NCBI RefSeq assembly: GCF_022045235.1
Contig: NW_027266272.1
Coordinates: forward strand, 30,318,001 to 30,382,000
Length of the DNA stretch: 64,000 nucleotides
From: Haliotis cracherodii
Lineage: Eukaryota
Direction of reading: 5' to 3'
The position numbers and the translations under genes are program-made. This document shows positions 1 through 11,524 of the stretch, one piece after another (position 1 is the first letter of the stretch; each line of letters opens with the position of its first letter). Below the pieces are notes generated by a model, which saw only the letters and a program-made list of their open reading frames with translations, was not told the DNA's origin and did no database searches.

Positions 1-157
1 TCAAAGGGAGATCACAGTCATTTTGTATTTCCTGAAACTGTTATCTGTACACAATGTGGCTAAACAAGCGGGAATGTAAGGGAGTTTGGTTTAACGAGTC
101 TTTAAACAGTATTCTAGTTATATCCTGGTGTGCCAGCTTGACGAAAATGTCATATAC

Positions 158-300
158 GGAAGGGTAGCCGAGTGGTTCGAGTGTTCGCTCGTCACGCCAA
201 AGACACGGTTTCGATTTCCCACAATATGTGAAGCCCGTTACTGCCTACCCGCCGTGATATTACAGGAATATTGCTGAAAGCTGCATAAAACCATACTCAC
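158..300 (+). mobile_element. SINE family A (tRNA-Asp-like head), diverged copy
   Basis: A box TAGCCGAGTGG, B-box-like GTTTCGATTTCC, CTCGTCAC anticodon-loop-like segment, and the shared tail GCCGTGATATTACAGGAATATTGCTGAAAGC...ACTCAC. Homologous to 32387-32543. Confidence 0.85.
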
Positions 301-375
301 AGTTTTAAGTACTTGTTCTTGCAATTTGTCTGTAGCAAACTATATGCGATAGGCTGTTTACTTCTTACATAAACT

Positions 376-635
376 GACCCGTGAAGACTCGGGGTAGAAT
401 AGGTCTTCAGCAGACCATGCTTGTCGTAAAAAGCCACAATGCTTGTCGTAAGAGATGACTAACGGGATCGGGTGGTCAGGCTCGCTGACTTGGTTGAAGC
501 ATGTCATCGATCCCAATTGCGTGGATCGATGCTCATGATATCAATCGATGGATTGTCTTGTACAGACTCGATTATTTACAGACCGCAGTCATATAGCTGA
601 AATATTGCTGAGTGCGGCGTAAAACAACCAACCAA
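376..635 (+). mobile_element. Short retroposon family C (no tRNA head; structured 5' module), full-length
   Basis: Flanked by CTTACATAAACT (364-375) and CTTGCATAAACT (636-647), a 12-bp TSD with 1 mismatch. Starts GACCCGTGAAG and ends in the shared tail plus (CAAC)n. Homologous to 29466-29707. Confidence 0.9.
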
Positions 636-724
636 CTTGCATAAACTGACATATGCCATGCACATTAACGGCACACAGATGGTCCGCGGTAACATGTGCT
701 TTTCACAACAGGACACAAATGAAT

Positions 725-878
725 CAGTAACTTGGTTGATTTGTCCAAACAGTGAGAGACGTTGGTCATAATATCAATCACTGGTTAGGCAGGTCCAGAC
801 TCAAGTATTGACAAGCCTCGAAAATATAGCTTAATATGACTCTTGTGCTCACAACAAACAAACAAACAAACAAACAAA
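725..878 (+). mobile_element. Family C 3' fragment with (AAAC)n tail
   Basis: ACTTGGTTGA...ATATCAATCACTGG...GGTCCAGACTC...ATATAGC matches the body of 376-635; ends in (AAAC)n. Confidence 0.65.
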
Positions 879-1890
879 CTCAGCCTCTCTGTGAAACATT
901 AGGAAGATTACAATATCAGCTTTCATACTGCACCAGAAAGTAATCTCATTAGGTCCTCTTCTTCAAGCAAAATTGTATACTTATTCTGAAAAACTCAAAA
1001 CTAATCATTTTCTGTTGTTTGAAACCATATACTTTTTGCATATAACCTTTACACAACATTCAGGTAAAGATATTTTCACGATGTTCTTATGAAGCTCCAC
1101 AAGAAGATCTGATTTAGCCGCGACAAAAATATCCACTTAAACGCAACATGTACGGCTTCCTCGAGGCTCATCTCCATTGAACAATACATGAATAGAAACT
1201 GTGGATGGCAAATGTATGCCTTTCTATAAAAGACGCAACAAGTGGAACTTTGATAGGAAGAAAATTCTAGCTTGGAGGCAATGCATAAAACTCGAACTGA
1301 AACGAGGCCTCCATCCGTTGACATGCAATCGATAGGGGACATGGTCGTAATCGAGTAATGAAGCCTGTTTCCTGGGGACTAGGGTATACTCTTGAGAATG
1401 ATAAATGTCAGACAAGCAGATGTATGGTTAGCCTTAGCTCCATAAATGACCAACTTCCATTTTATGCCTTCAGAAAAAGATCAAACTTGTGTACCAGGCT
1501 AAGCTTTTGTTATGCTTCATTAAAACTCTTCCTGCTTACATGCATGTTTATTTGGCGCTTTGATAAGCAGAGTCTCGGTTGGATCATATACTTTCCTTTG
1601 TGTTTTAAATGTTATGGCGTTCATCGACTTTTCTTGGAATAAACACCAAGCTCCGTACATGTGTGGGGGGAACACTGGTTCATGCAGACCTGAATCAGTT
1701 TGTACAGAGCTTCATTATTTGGAGGATATGACGCCATTTTCTGTTCTGGGTCTGTTATAACTGTCAGTAAAAGTCTTCATCACTGTGGGAACTTCTGGAT
1801 CATCTCGCATCACCTGTCGCTGCTCAGTTTGTAAAGTATAAATGTGTACAGGACTTGAGGTACTTACGTTTATACAAGTCTCACCCACTT

Positions 1891-2185
1891 TATACAAGGC
1901 TCCATCTATGTAATACAGAGCTCCATTTGTTGATACAAGGCTCCATCTATGTTATATAGAGCTCCACTCGTTGATACAAGGCTCCATCTCGGTTATAAAG
2001 AGCTCCACTCGTTGATACGAGGCTCAATCTGTGTTATACAGAGCTCCATTCGTTGATACAAGGCTCAATCTATGTTATACATAGCTCCACCAGTCTGTAC
2101 AAGGTTCCATCTATGTTATACAGAGTTCCGCTCGTTGATACAAGGCTACATCTATGTTATAAAGAGCTCCACTCGTTGATACAAG
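1891..2185. repeat. Minisatellite, 41-bp unit (dimer of ~20-bp subunits), ~7 copies
   Basis: Unit GATACAAGGCTCCATCTATGTTATACAGAGCTCCACTCGTT. Confidence 0.9.
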
Positions 2186-2190
2186 TATCC

Positions 2191-2876
2191 ATGCTATACA
2201 CAATGTGTCTTGGTGTTCCGTGTGTACTGAGTGAAACTGTCACATGCTATACACAATGTGTCTTGGTGTTCCGTGTGTACTGAGTGAAACTGTCACATGC
2301 TATACACAATGTGTCTTGGTGTTCCGTGGGTACTGAGTGAAACTGTCACATGCTATACACAATGTGTCTTGGTGTTCCGTGTGTACTGAGTGAAACTGTC
2401 ACATGCCAAACACATTGTGTCTTGGTGTTCCGTGTGTACTGAGTGAAACTGTCACATGCTATACACAATGTGTCTTGGTGTTCCGTGGGTACTGAGTGAA
2501 ACTGTCACATGCTATACACAATGTGTCTTGGTGTTCCGTGTGTACTGAGTGAAACTGTCAAATGCTATACACAATGTGTCTTGGTGTTCCGTGTGTACTG
2601 AGTGAAACTGTCACATGCTATACACAATGTGTCTTGGTGTTCCGTGTGTACTGAGTGAAACTGTCACATGCTATACACAATGTGTCTTGGTGTTCCGTGT
2701 GTACTGAGTGAAACTGTCACATGCTATACACAATGTGTCTTGGTGTTCCGTGGGTACTGAGTGAAACTGTCACATGCTATACACAATGTGTCTTGGTGTT
2801 CCGTGTGTACTGAGTGAAACTGTCACATGCTATACACAATGTGTCTTGGTGTTCTGTGTGTACTGAGTGAAACTGC
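2191..2876. repeat. Minisatellite, 53-bp unit, ~13 near-identical copies
   Basis: Unit ATGCTATACACAATGTGTCTTGGTGTTCCGTGTGTACTGAGTGAAACTGTCAC. Confidence 0.97.
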
Positions 2877-5078
2877 TACACACTTTTTTCCCTTTACTAT
2901 AATAAGTTATTTTAATTTTGGCTAAACTTGATGATAATCGCCAGCAGCTAGAGGGATGGTGTAAATCCTGCTGGAGAACCAAGCAGGTAGCAGAAGCGCC
3001 GTAAGTCCCCACGGTCCCTAGTATGGTGGCCTCACTTTGGTTGCTGGCGATCCCGCTTTTATACTCTGTTTTTATTTAACGTGATATCTTTTTATGGTTC
3101 CATTCTAGTTTTCAAATATAGATCAGTGACAATGTAGTTGCTTTACTGTCCTTCGTCGACAGATTTTATAATCAAAATGTATGTATTATTATTGTATAAT
3201 TTGATTTAGTCACGATAAGGCTGAAATATTGCCGATGTGACTATAAATATTCACTCTCACTCCTTTGCCTTTACAACTGATGGATGTCTCTATAGGGCAC
3301 TATTGACAACCAGACTGGTCACCAAGACATCACAAGACCACATACATTGCTAGGCAAATCATAATTTGAAACTTTGAATTTGTTTGAATTTTATATTCTG
3401 AAACAAAACTTTCAGAAAACCAATGGGTCTACCTTCAGTAAAGAGAACACAATGTACTCTAAAACTTCAAAGAGAGGATATTTAAGTTTTGACTTTCTAA
3501 ATTATGATACATAAGAAGTACGATCAGATTAAACACTTGTCTGTCAGTCTAGAAAAAAGCTGATTTCTTATTCTTCATACAATTCCAATAAACATGTCAC
3601 TTGAATTCTATTTGAGCAAATGTTTGATAAAACATTACCACATTTGACACATCTAGTCACTATAATGATTTAATGCTCCCAGTCACAGAAGCAGGTACGA
3701 ATTTAATTTCTTGAGATAAAGAAATATGAAGTATTTATGAAACACAGCATGCAATTTTCATATCTGCAAAATTATGAATCAAATTATTAGTTACCATAAA
3801 GTTCTTTTACATGGGACCTGTCATAATTGTTTATGACACTTTGACCAAAAGTTAATACCTTCTCTCCTTACACTAGCTCTAATCTCCACAAGCAGGCCAT
3901 TTGCCCACTGTGGGTGAAGAACATGTTATTTACACGCTATTTACCTGCTAGTGATGTGCATGCAATACATCCATTGGATATCAGCTCAAACCATAAATAG
4001 CAGATAAAGTCAAAAATGTCTTTGTTAGGCTAGGAAAGCCATGTTTTTCCTTCTGTAATGGTTTGACTGAGTTGGAGCCAGATTCCAATAACAGTACATT
4101 TGCATTATGATGAGAACTCAAGCATCATAGAATGGAGTGTGATTTAAATAAAGGAAATGTTAATCATTTAAGGTATAAACGTGGCCCAGATTGAGGATAG
4201 CTTATCTGGTAGTCTTTGATGTCTAAATGAGGTATAAATGTGTTTGGAAACAACATCGCAGAAAATATATGGGCATTTACAAATTGATCATTTTCTGTCC
4301 TAGGACATTTCTTGCAGACAGCATGGTCATAATGACTTGAAGAGGCTTCAAAGGGGCTTCTTACCGCCTTTTAATATGCATGCCAGATTTAAACTCTGAT
4401 CATGCAGATAGTCTTAAAATGTGTTCAGATTTCGTTTGTCTTCTCATTATGTAATATTAATTAAATTAAATCAAAAACTATTTAGACTTTGTGAAAAGTT
4501 GAGAACAGGTTTACTTCTAAGCCTCAGCATCTCTAACCCCATTCCTTTTTTAATATTCTAGTTTTTTAATAATTTTCTACAAGTATGTAACTTCAGATGT
4601 CTTAGCAATGTTTCCAACAAATCTTTATAGACATTTTCATGACAGGGTGTTATTTTCATAACAGTTCTGGGTGGAACAAAACCTTGACACCAGAAAGTTC
4701 ATCAAGACAAATTAATTACTATATATCACCGTCTATAGCACGACCCTATATATATGGCGACCTCCCTGTAAAAACCTTCAAAATCGATGCTTATGAAAGT
4801 TGTTTTGTCTTTCGATGTCTTTTCCATGATGCCTTTTCTTGTATAATGCTAGCACACTGTGTACTGACACGGTAAGACACCAAACTGGTGCCTGTAAAAT
4901 AAAGTTCATTTCAGAATAATTACATAAGAACATATTTAAGTTACCAGCCATTTATTCATGCATTCACAGACTTATCAAATTAGTTGATAAATATCACACA
5001 GCTTTACATTGTCAGACCCAAATCATATATCAGCCTCTGTGAATCCATTAAACTCCAAGTTGGAGTCTTTGGCAAACA

Positions 5079-5331
5079 GGGGGCACGGGTGGCCCAGTCG
5101 TCTATTCGCTGTGCAGAGTTTCGTCCCTTGGGCACGCAAGAAACCTATGATTGAGGGTTCGAATCCCGGTTCACCCCGATTATGTTTCTAGGTTTGTCAG
5201 CATCATACCCGTGCTCGTGGGTTTCACCGAAGTGGTAAACGTCTGAGACCTGCGTCACTTGGATCTTTCCGCCGTGACATAACTGGAATAATGTTAAAAG
5301 CGACGTTAAACCCAACTCACTCAATCAATCA
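5079..5331 (+). mobile_element. SINE family B (extended tRNA-like head) nested in pogo remnant
   Basis: TSD CTTTGGCAAACA at 5067-5078 and 5332-5343; homologous to 35347-35630. Confidence 0.93.
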
Positions 5332-5339
5332 CTTTGGCA

Positions 5340-6230
5340 AACAGAATTCCCCATGCTGCCTTATCCGTGCTGTCATCAACAAAGTTGTCGAGTTCATCTT
5401 CGTAGCATCTGGAATGTCAGCGACAGCACATGCATCCTCGGAACCTTCACCTTTAGACGCAATGCCGCACTTCAAGCTACGCTGTACCCCGTCCTCTAGT
5501 ATGCCTTCCCATGCTGCCTTCACCCATCTGGCAACATACGGTAGGGGGGACTTTCTTTGGTTTTTGTCTTTGGTGTATTGTTCCATTCACTCCGGTGGCC
5601 TTGAACGGTTCTTTTAGACAGACGTCTAATGGCTGCAGTAGGGATGTGCAGCCACCAGGATCACTGCCTGCTGTATCTTGCTGTCTGCCAACTTCTTCAC
5701 AGCTTCGCACAAATGTGCCTGTAACATGTCAAACGCAAGCATGGACTTACAACCCCTTGCACCTCCAGGTCTCTTCATCCATCACATGGCAATCCACTTG
5801 TCCACTCTTTCTTTACTTCACTGACGAACGTCTCCTGTCACATGGTCTTCCATTTGAAGATAATTATATAGGTGTCAGTTTAGTTCCATCTTCCATACAT
5901 GTTTGCACCACAGTGAAGTGTCGTTTCTCCACTCCACATGTGCCAACCCACGTTGTGGAAGTCCCCTTGGTGTCGACACTGTGGAAGTCCCCTTGGTGTC
6001 GACTGTCCTAGTCCCTGGTATGTGAAAAGTTGAGAGGGTTTCATGTTCCCAGTCTTGCTTCTTTCATTCAGGCAGCACAAACTGGTGAAAAGAGTTGAGC
6101 TTTGTTTCAACCTCTGCTGGAAGATTATGCATGATGTGGGTCTTCTTCCTCAATACCGGGTTGTGTCTGATGTTTCAGGAAACGCAAACACCCGTTTCCA
6201 GATGCTTTAATTGACTTCGGGTGATCAGGT
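5340..6230 (-). pseudogene. pogo-family (DDE_1) transposase remnant, frameshifted
   Basis: Minus-strand peptides TVDTKGTST..CGVEKRHFTVVQTCMEDGTKL, PGGCTSLLQPLDVCLKEPFK and VARWVKAAWEGILEDGVQRSLKCGI are typical pogo/Tigger DDE motifs. There is a 26-bp tandem duplication at about 5954-6005. Confidence 0.88.
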
Positions 6231-6553
6231 CCCTTTTCGTCCTGTGAATGTGGTCAAATCACCATAAGTGTGACGATACTTGCACACTGTCGCAACTCAC
6301 TTACGCACTGAAAAAAATAAAATTTCTGGTAAAGACTACGAGGAGACTGAACTAGTGAATTTGTTGACAAAATGGCTTGGAAAGAAGACTGTTTAGGAAC
6401 ACAAAGGACAAGTAATGATACCAGGGATTCCTCTGGCATTGCAAACAATGTTCTCTTGGCAGGCCAATTGGGGGAAATGATTTTGTTCAAAATTTGGATT
6501 TAAAGTCTTAATTACCATGTAAAGGAGAGTAGAATTGGTATATATCACTCACT

Positions 6554-6700
6554 NNNNNNNNNNNNNNNNNNNNNNNNNNNNNNNNNNNNNNNNNNNNNNN
6601 NNNNNNNNNNNNNNNNNNNNNNNNNNNNNNNNNNNNNNNNNNNNNNNNNNNNNNNNNNNNNNNNNNNNNNNNNNNNNNNNNNNNNNNNNNNNNNNNNNNN
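6554..6700. other. Assembly gap (147 N)
   Basis: Run of N. Confidence 1.
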
Positions 6701-7479
6701 TATTATAACACGAAAGTGATGCAATGGCAGACATTCCACCGGATAAAGGATAACTCATCATAAAACCACTGGAATGCCTTTTGAAGCTTGTTTGTGTTAA
6801 CGGATAACTGCTGAATCTCAATATCCCCCTGCCGGATATCCTCATGGTGTAAACAATCCTGGATCAGAGATATTGGCACACATGGACTGGAAGAGTGAAG
6901 TATGTTCAGCCATGTGTTGCATCATGGCCACAGACTCGGAGGAACAATACCAAGCTGCTTTGTTGCAAACATGTGGAACAATGTTTTTAAATCATCAGGA
7001 AGTATGACAGACTAATATGATGTGCACATTTCTGTTAAACTTGATCTCGCTTTTCAAAATTTTTGACGATTTTGAGGATATTTGGTTCCTTAAAAACATG
7101 CCTTACAGTTGCCGCCAGCAGCAAATATTCACAAACTATGTGCACAATGTTTTCATTTCAGCAAGTTGATTATAGGATTAACATTGTTCAAAATAGATTT
7201 TCTTTTATTTCCTTGTTCATGCATTTCAGTGAGAAAACATTGATTGGCAGGTGTCATAGAAATAAATTTAAACAAATTATACGATATAGTGCCATATGTG
7301 GAGTGTTGGTTGAATTATTGTAACCTACTTTTCTGCAGCTTTACATTTTCTACACATTCCTTTCTATGTACGTTGTAAGTTTGCATATGGAGGAAGAAAA
7401 TATTATGTCTTTATATTTCTTTTCATTCCAATATTCACATATACTGATTGCTATGGTCATTTAGGTGAGTGAATCAGTG

Positions 7480-7700
7480 GGTGAGTTCGGTTTAACATTT
7501 TTCAGAAGAGTGTTTCAGATATAACGTGGCGTGACTGCTTAATGGGGGAGGACGACCTGAAGTAATGCAGATATGAGACGTTTACCACTTTGGTGAAACC
7601 GAAAAGCACAGGTGTGGTTCCGACAAACCTAGAAACCCACGATCTATGGTTTCTGGCCGATTAAGGAATGCAACTCTGCACAGAGACTCGTGGTGGGCCA
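7480..7700 (-). mobile_element. SINE family B, degraded
   Basis: GAGACGTTTACCACTTTGGTGAAACC, GACAAACCTAGAAAC and GCAACTCTGCACAG match the reverse complement of family B. Confidence 0.8.
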
Positions 7701-7803
7701 TTTATGCTTTCTGGCCAGTGAAGCAATATGGAAGCTCATTAGATAAGAATACATTGTTCATTATTTCACAAGAAGATGACATTCTTCATCATCATCACCT
7801 CAT

Positions 7804-8425
7804 AGGGCCTTTACGCGGGATTGCGACCTTTGTGCCTCCCGTGCGCCGCTATAACATTTGGCAGGTCGTCGTTGGAGGCTCAAAGGAGGCAGAATGGTTG
7901 CGTAGGTTGTTCCAAGGTGGTACACAGGAGGGTCAGACATCGCCATGAACGCCATGGTCGTCGAGGAGGCTGGTTGCTGAAAGGTAGCCCAAAGGAGGCA
8001 GAAGGGAGGTAAAAGCATTGCCGTTGTTGCAGAATGAAGGCACAGTGGTCGCCCAGTAATCGCCAGGTTATAGATGCGTTCTGCTGAAATATTTTCCCGT
8101 CAATCTCGGCGATGCTTCCACCTCCCTTGTGCATTGAATAATGACTGTGGCGACCGCCGTGCCTCCATTCGGCGACCACGACAACCCTTGAGACACCATG
8201 ACAAAGCTTCTGCCTCATTTGAGCTACCTGTAGTGCCTCCTCAGCCTGCCTATAAAAAGAGGGCATGTACCTTCAGTGTTTCATTGTGGTTGCAGACGCT
8301 GAACGACTGCTGGAGCAGTTACATAGAAACACGATTTTCTTGGTTTAGGCGACCATTGAGGGTCCTAGCCAGTTTTTGATCGCTCAAAGGTGGCACAAAG
8401 GTCGCAGCCCTGTGTAGAGGGGCCT
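7804..8425. mobile_element. Non-autonomous TIR element (PIF/Harbinger-like ends), GC-rich interior
   Basis: Left AGGGCCTTTACGCGGGATTGCGACCTTTGTGCCTCC is the inverted match of right GGTGGCACAAAGGTCGCAGCCCTGTGTAGAGGGGCCT (~36-bp TIR). Superfamily inferred from the GG(G)CC termini only. Confidence 0.8.
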
Positions 8426-9289
8426 TTACCACTAAGAAAACTGCAACTCTCATACTGTATCACAGGCTTATGGCATTCGCTAAGATGACAGACAGAATAG
8501 GACCTTTAATGATAAGTTGACTTGACTGAAGTTTCTTTGTAGGTTTAATCAGTTAAAATATTAAAATTTCTTGCAGACTGAACTACCAGACATTAAATTG
8601 TTTGATTCCTCACTTACTTGTCCTTAAACTGCAACACATCATTGTCAATATCTATGAATATACATGTGTGAGTGAAGATGTTTGTAGTAACCATAGGCTG
8701 TGCTGTGGGTGTTGAAATACACACTTAACCTGACATTTCGTGATGGGGTATATATCATGTAAATAACATGACATACACTTGTCTGTGTCTTGAAACAAGT
8801 TCCAGTCCTCTTGTACATGTGCAATTCATTTCGTAAGCCTACTCTCAGTGTTAGAACATGTGGCTCTGACCAACATAAATGTCAAATTTACTATCTGCCA
8901 AATGCCACCAGCCTCTGGCCATAAGTGTACTGCTCGGGGAAAATGACAAAAGTTATGGACCGAAATGAATATAAAATCGATTCAGATGAGAAGAAGTTGT
9001 TATGAAATGTATGGCCCTGTTGTGTGTGAATGCTACATTGGCTTATAATTTGACTGAAGTTTTTTTGTCGCTTCAAGTATGACGACAAATTCAACCGTTC
9101 ATGGCAACTTAAATGCTTCAAACGTTTACATACATGACGATGTAGCTGTCAAGGTCAGTTTTATGTTTAAAAGGGATTTGTATGGAGTGGAAGGTAATGT
9201 TTTCTAATGCAGACAAAAAAAACCTTGAAAAACACATGTCACTGAAGTCAAGGTATTCGCACATAAATATTTTGCACCGTATTGGCCGT

Positions 9290-10932
9290 AGGGACTGGTC
9301 TTTTATTTGAGGTGGGGTGGTCTGGTGGCGGCTGGGCGGCTGGGCGAGGGCGGGGGCAGATGCCACTTCCCAATCCTAAAGTTTTAACATTTTGACCAGT
9401 TATCATTGTGGGCCCTTATGGTGTATTTAAACAGTAATGGCCACGTATTGTCTTCAGATAACACCCGTTTTTGTGCAGGTGAATCGATCAAAATCATGTG
9501 CACAGCACTATAGTGGAAAAAGTGATTTTTCACGTGCAACTGGTCACGTGGCCATAATACCGTACGTGTTTTCAGCCATACTTGTTAGCAGTCATTAAAA
9601 AAAAAACACACACACACAAGAAAACAAAAGTCTTTACGGCCATTTGTCATGCCACGCCTTTCAAATGTGCAACGTGAACGTGTCATCGGCATGTTGCAGA
9701 CGGGAACGTCCGTAGCTGAAGTCGCAAGGACGATGGGTTGTAGTCGACGGACTGTTTATTATTTACAGACGCGTCTACAGCAAACAGCAAACGGGTACCG
9801 CAGCTGATCGCCCTCGGCCAGGTCGACCACGTGTGACGTTACATGCAGAGGATCGTCAGATTGTTTTACGTCACCTCCGTAACCGATTTTTAACGGCTAC
9901 ATCAACCAGAAATGAACTGATTAGGGGTAGACTGAGTGCGCAAACTGTTCGAAACCGTGTGAGAACTGCGGGCCGATTCTGACACAATTACACAGACGTC
10001 AATGTCTATAGTGGGCACAGCGACACTTACGATGGACGATGGAGGAATTGGAATCAAGTCGTCTTCAGTGATGAATCCCGATTTAATCTTCGATTTGCTG
10101 ATGGTAGGGCGAGGGTGTGGAGGCGCCGTCATGAATGTTACGCCCAATGCTGTGTACAGGAAGTTGACAGATTTCGAGGCGGAAGTGTCATGATGTGGGG
10201 TGCTTTCTGTGGCAAAGCACGTTCCAGGCTTCTTGTCATCCGTAGCAACCTCAACGCTGCTGCTTACCCCGACCAGGTACTGGCACCAGAACTTCTGCCT
10301 TTTATGCCAGCACATGGGCCCGGTTTGATCTTCCAACACGACAATGCCAGACCCCTCACAGCAATTGTGACAAGGAATTTCCTTCAGAATGCGGGAGTCA
10401 ACGTCATTGACTGGCCGTCAAGGTCTCCCGACCTCAATCCCATAGAACACGTCTAGATTGCTCTTGGCAGAAGGCTGCGCACTCTCCTGAACCAACCACA
10501 GAATTTGCAAGATCTTGGCACCATTTTTGCGTCGTCTTCCCAATCATGTGTTCACAAGCATCACAAGGTCCATGCGGAGGCGTTGTGTGGCAGTTGTCAA
10601 CGCATATGGTGGCCATACACGCTACTGAACTTGTGTGCCATCAGATTCTCGTGCTTTGGACTTATGATTTAAACTGTTGATGTTATTACCGAATATCGTA
10701 GGTGCTTGGAACAAATTATGGTTACCATCGTTAATTAAAATCCTTCTTTGGACATTAATGATTAAAAATTACCTTCTCTTATACATTTGTCCGTTGTATA
10801 TCATATATGGGATTACTTTTAAATATGTGAATTTTTTAATTTGACTCAGTATATGTGTATTATTTTGTGACCCTACCCAAGAGACTGTCAAAAGTTTTGG
10901 TTACCCTCCCCTATAGTAAATGACTGGTCCCT
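9290..10932. mobile_element. TIR element (AGGGAC...GTCCCT) enclosing a Tc1 transposon
   Basis: Left AGGGACTGGTCTTTTATTTGAGGTGGGG vs reverse complement of the right end AGGGACCAGTCATTTACTATAGGGGAGGG. Confidence 0.6.
9649..10628 (+). pseudogene. Tc1-family DD34E transposase pseudogene
   Basis: MPRLSNVQRERVIGMLQTG...VARTMGCSRRTV (HTH), GRPRVT, VFSDESRF, FQHDNAR-34 aa-SPDLNPIE, ending GGHTRY*. A CAGCAAA duplication frameshifts it at about 9778-9791 and a TAG follows NPIEHV. Probable right TIR ...TTTGACTCAGTATA near 10850. Confidence 0.95.
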
Positions 10933-11159
10933 TGAATTTGCAGTTTACATTGCACAATTGTAAGATTTGGATATTGGATTGGGGCCAGATTAGATCGCTG
11001 ATACCCCATGCTTGTCACTGGAATCAGCGTTGCAAAAATTGGTCTTGAACATTTAGGAGCCTAGGCGATGATTGGTTGATTGGAAACGTCATCTGACACA
11101 ACTTTCTATGACCTTCTGTGACCTTAGATCGTCATGTAGACGTATCATATCAGAGTAAA

Positions 11160-11524
11160 AGAGTGGAGGTGAAATGGGGTTTTAGGTCGTGTCCAAGATT
11201 ATTGCACTGCGTGCGTGCGTGTTTTCGTGCGTGCGTGTTTGTGTGTGTAAGTGGCTGCTTGTACTAGTCTGGACTGATGCCGATTTATAGTGCTAGCCCA
11301 CTGAGATACCATGCCACAGTTTAACATGAATACCCCACTCAGACACAGTATACTGACTCCGAGCCGACCAGTCCTTATTTTAGTCCATTTATGCCGAGCA
11401 CCAGACAGGGTAACAATAAGTACCATCTTTTTACAAAGTCTGTTGGTAAGACGCGGCCGGGGATCTAATCCCGGACTTTCCATACTCTGGACAGACGCTC
11501 TACCATAAGACCACGGAGGCAGTC
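11160..11524 (-). mobile_element. tRNA-derived SINE family D (Meta-domain-like)
   Basis: The minus strand has an A box GTGGTCTTATGGTAGAGCG and a B-box-like GGATTAGATCCC, then TACCAACAGACTTTGTAAAAAGATGGTACTTATTGTTACCCTGTCTGGTGCTCGGCA, which resembles the MetaSINE core as I recall it. TSD about GAGTAAA. Homologous to 32935-33282. Confidence 0.8.

Larger units (their letters stand above)
4729..6240 (-). mobile_element. Decayed pogo/Tigger-like DNA transposon
   Basis: Pogo-like end CCGTCTATAGCACG...TATATGGCGACC at 4729 and a transposase remnant on the minus strand. Interrupted by a SINE. The other end was not identified. Confidence 0.75.

Noticed and set aside
1076-1897. Short ORFs that look exon-like
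   Set aside because: No recognisable homology and no consistent splice structure.
2226-2243. CTGAGTGAAACTGTC in the 53-bp monomer resembling a hammerhead core
   Set aside because: Lacks G8/A9 and stem II entirely; most likely coincidence.
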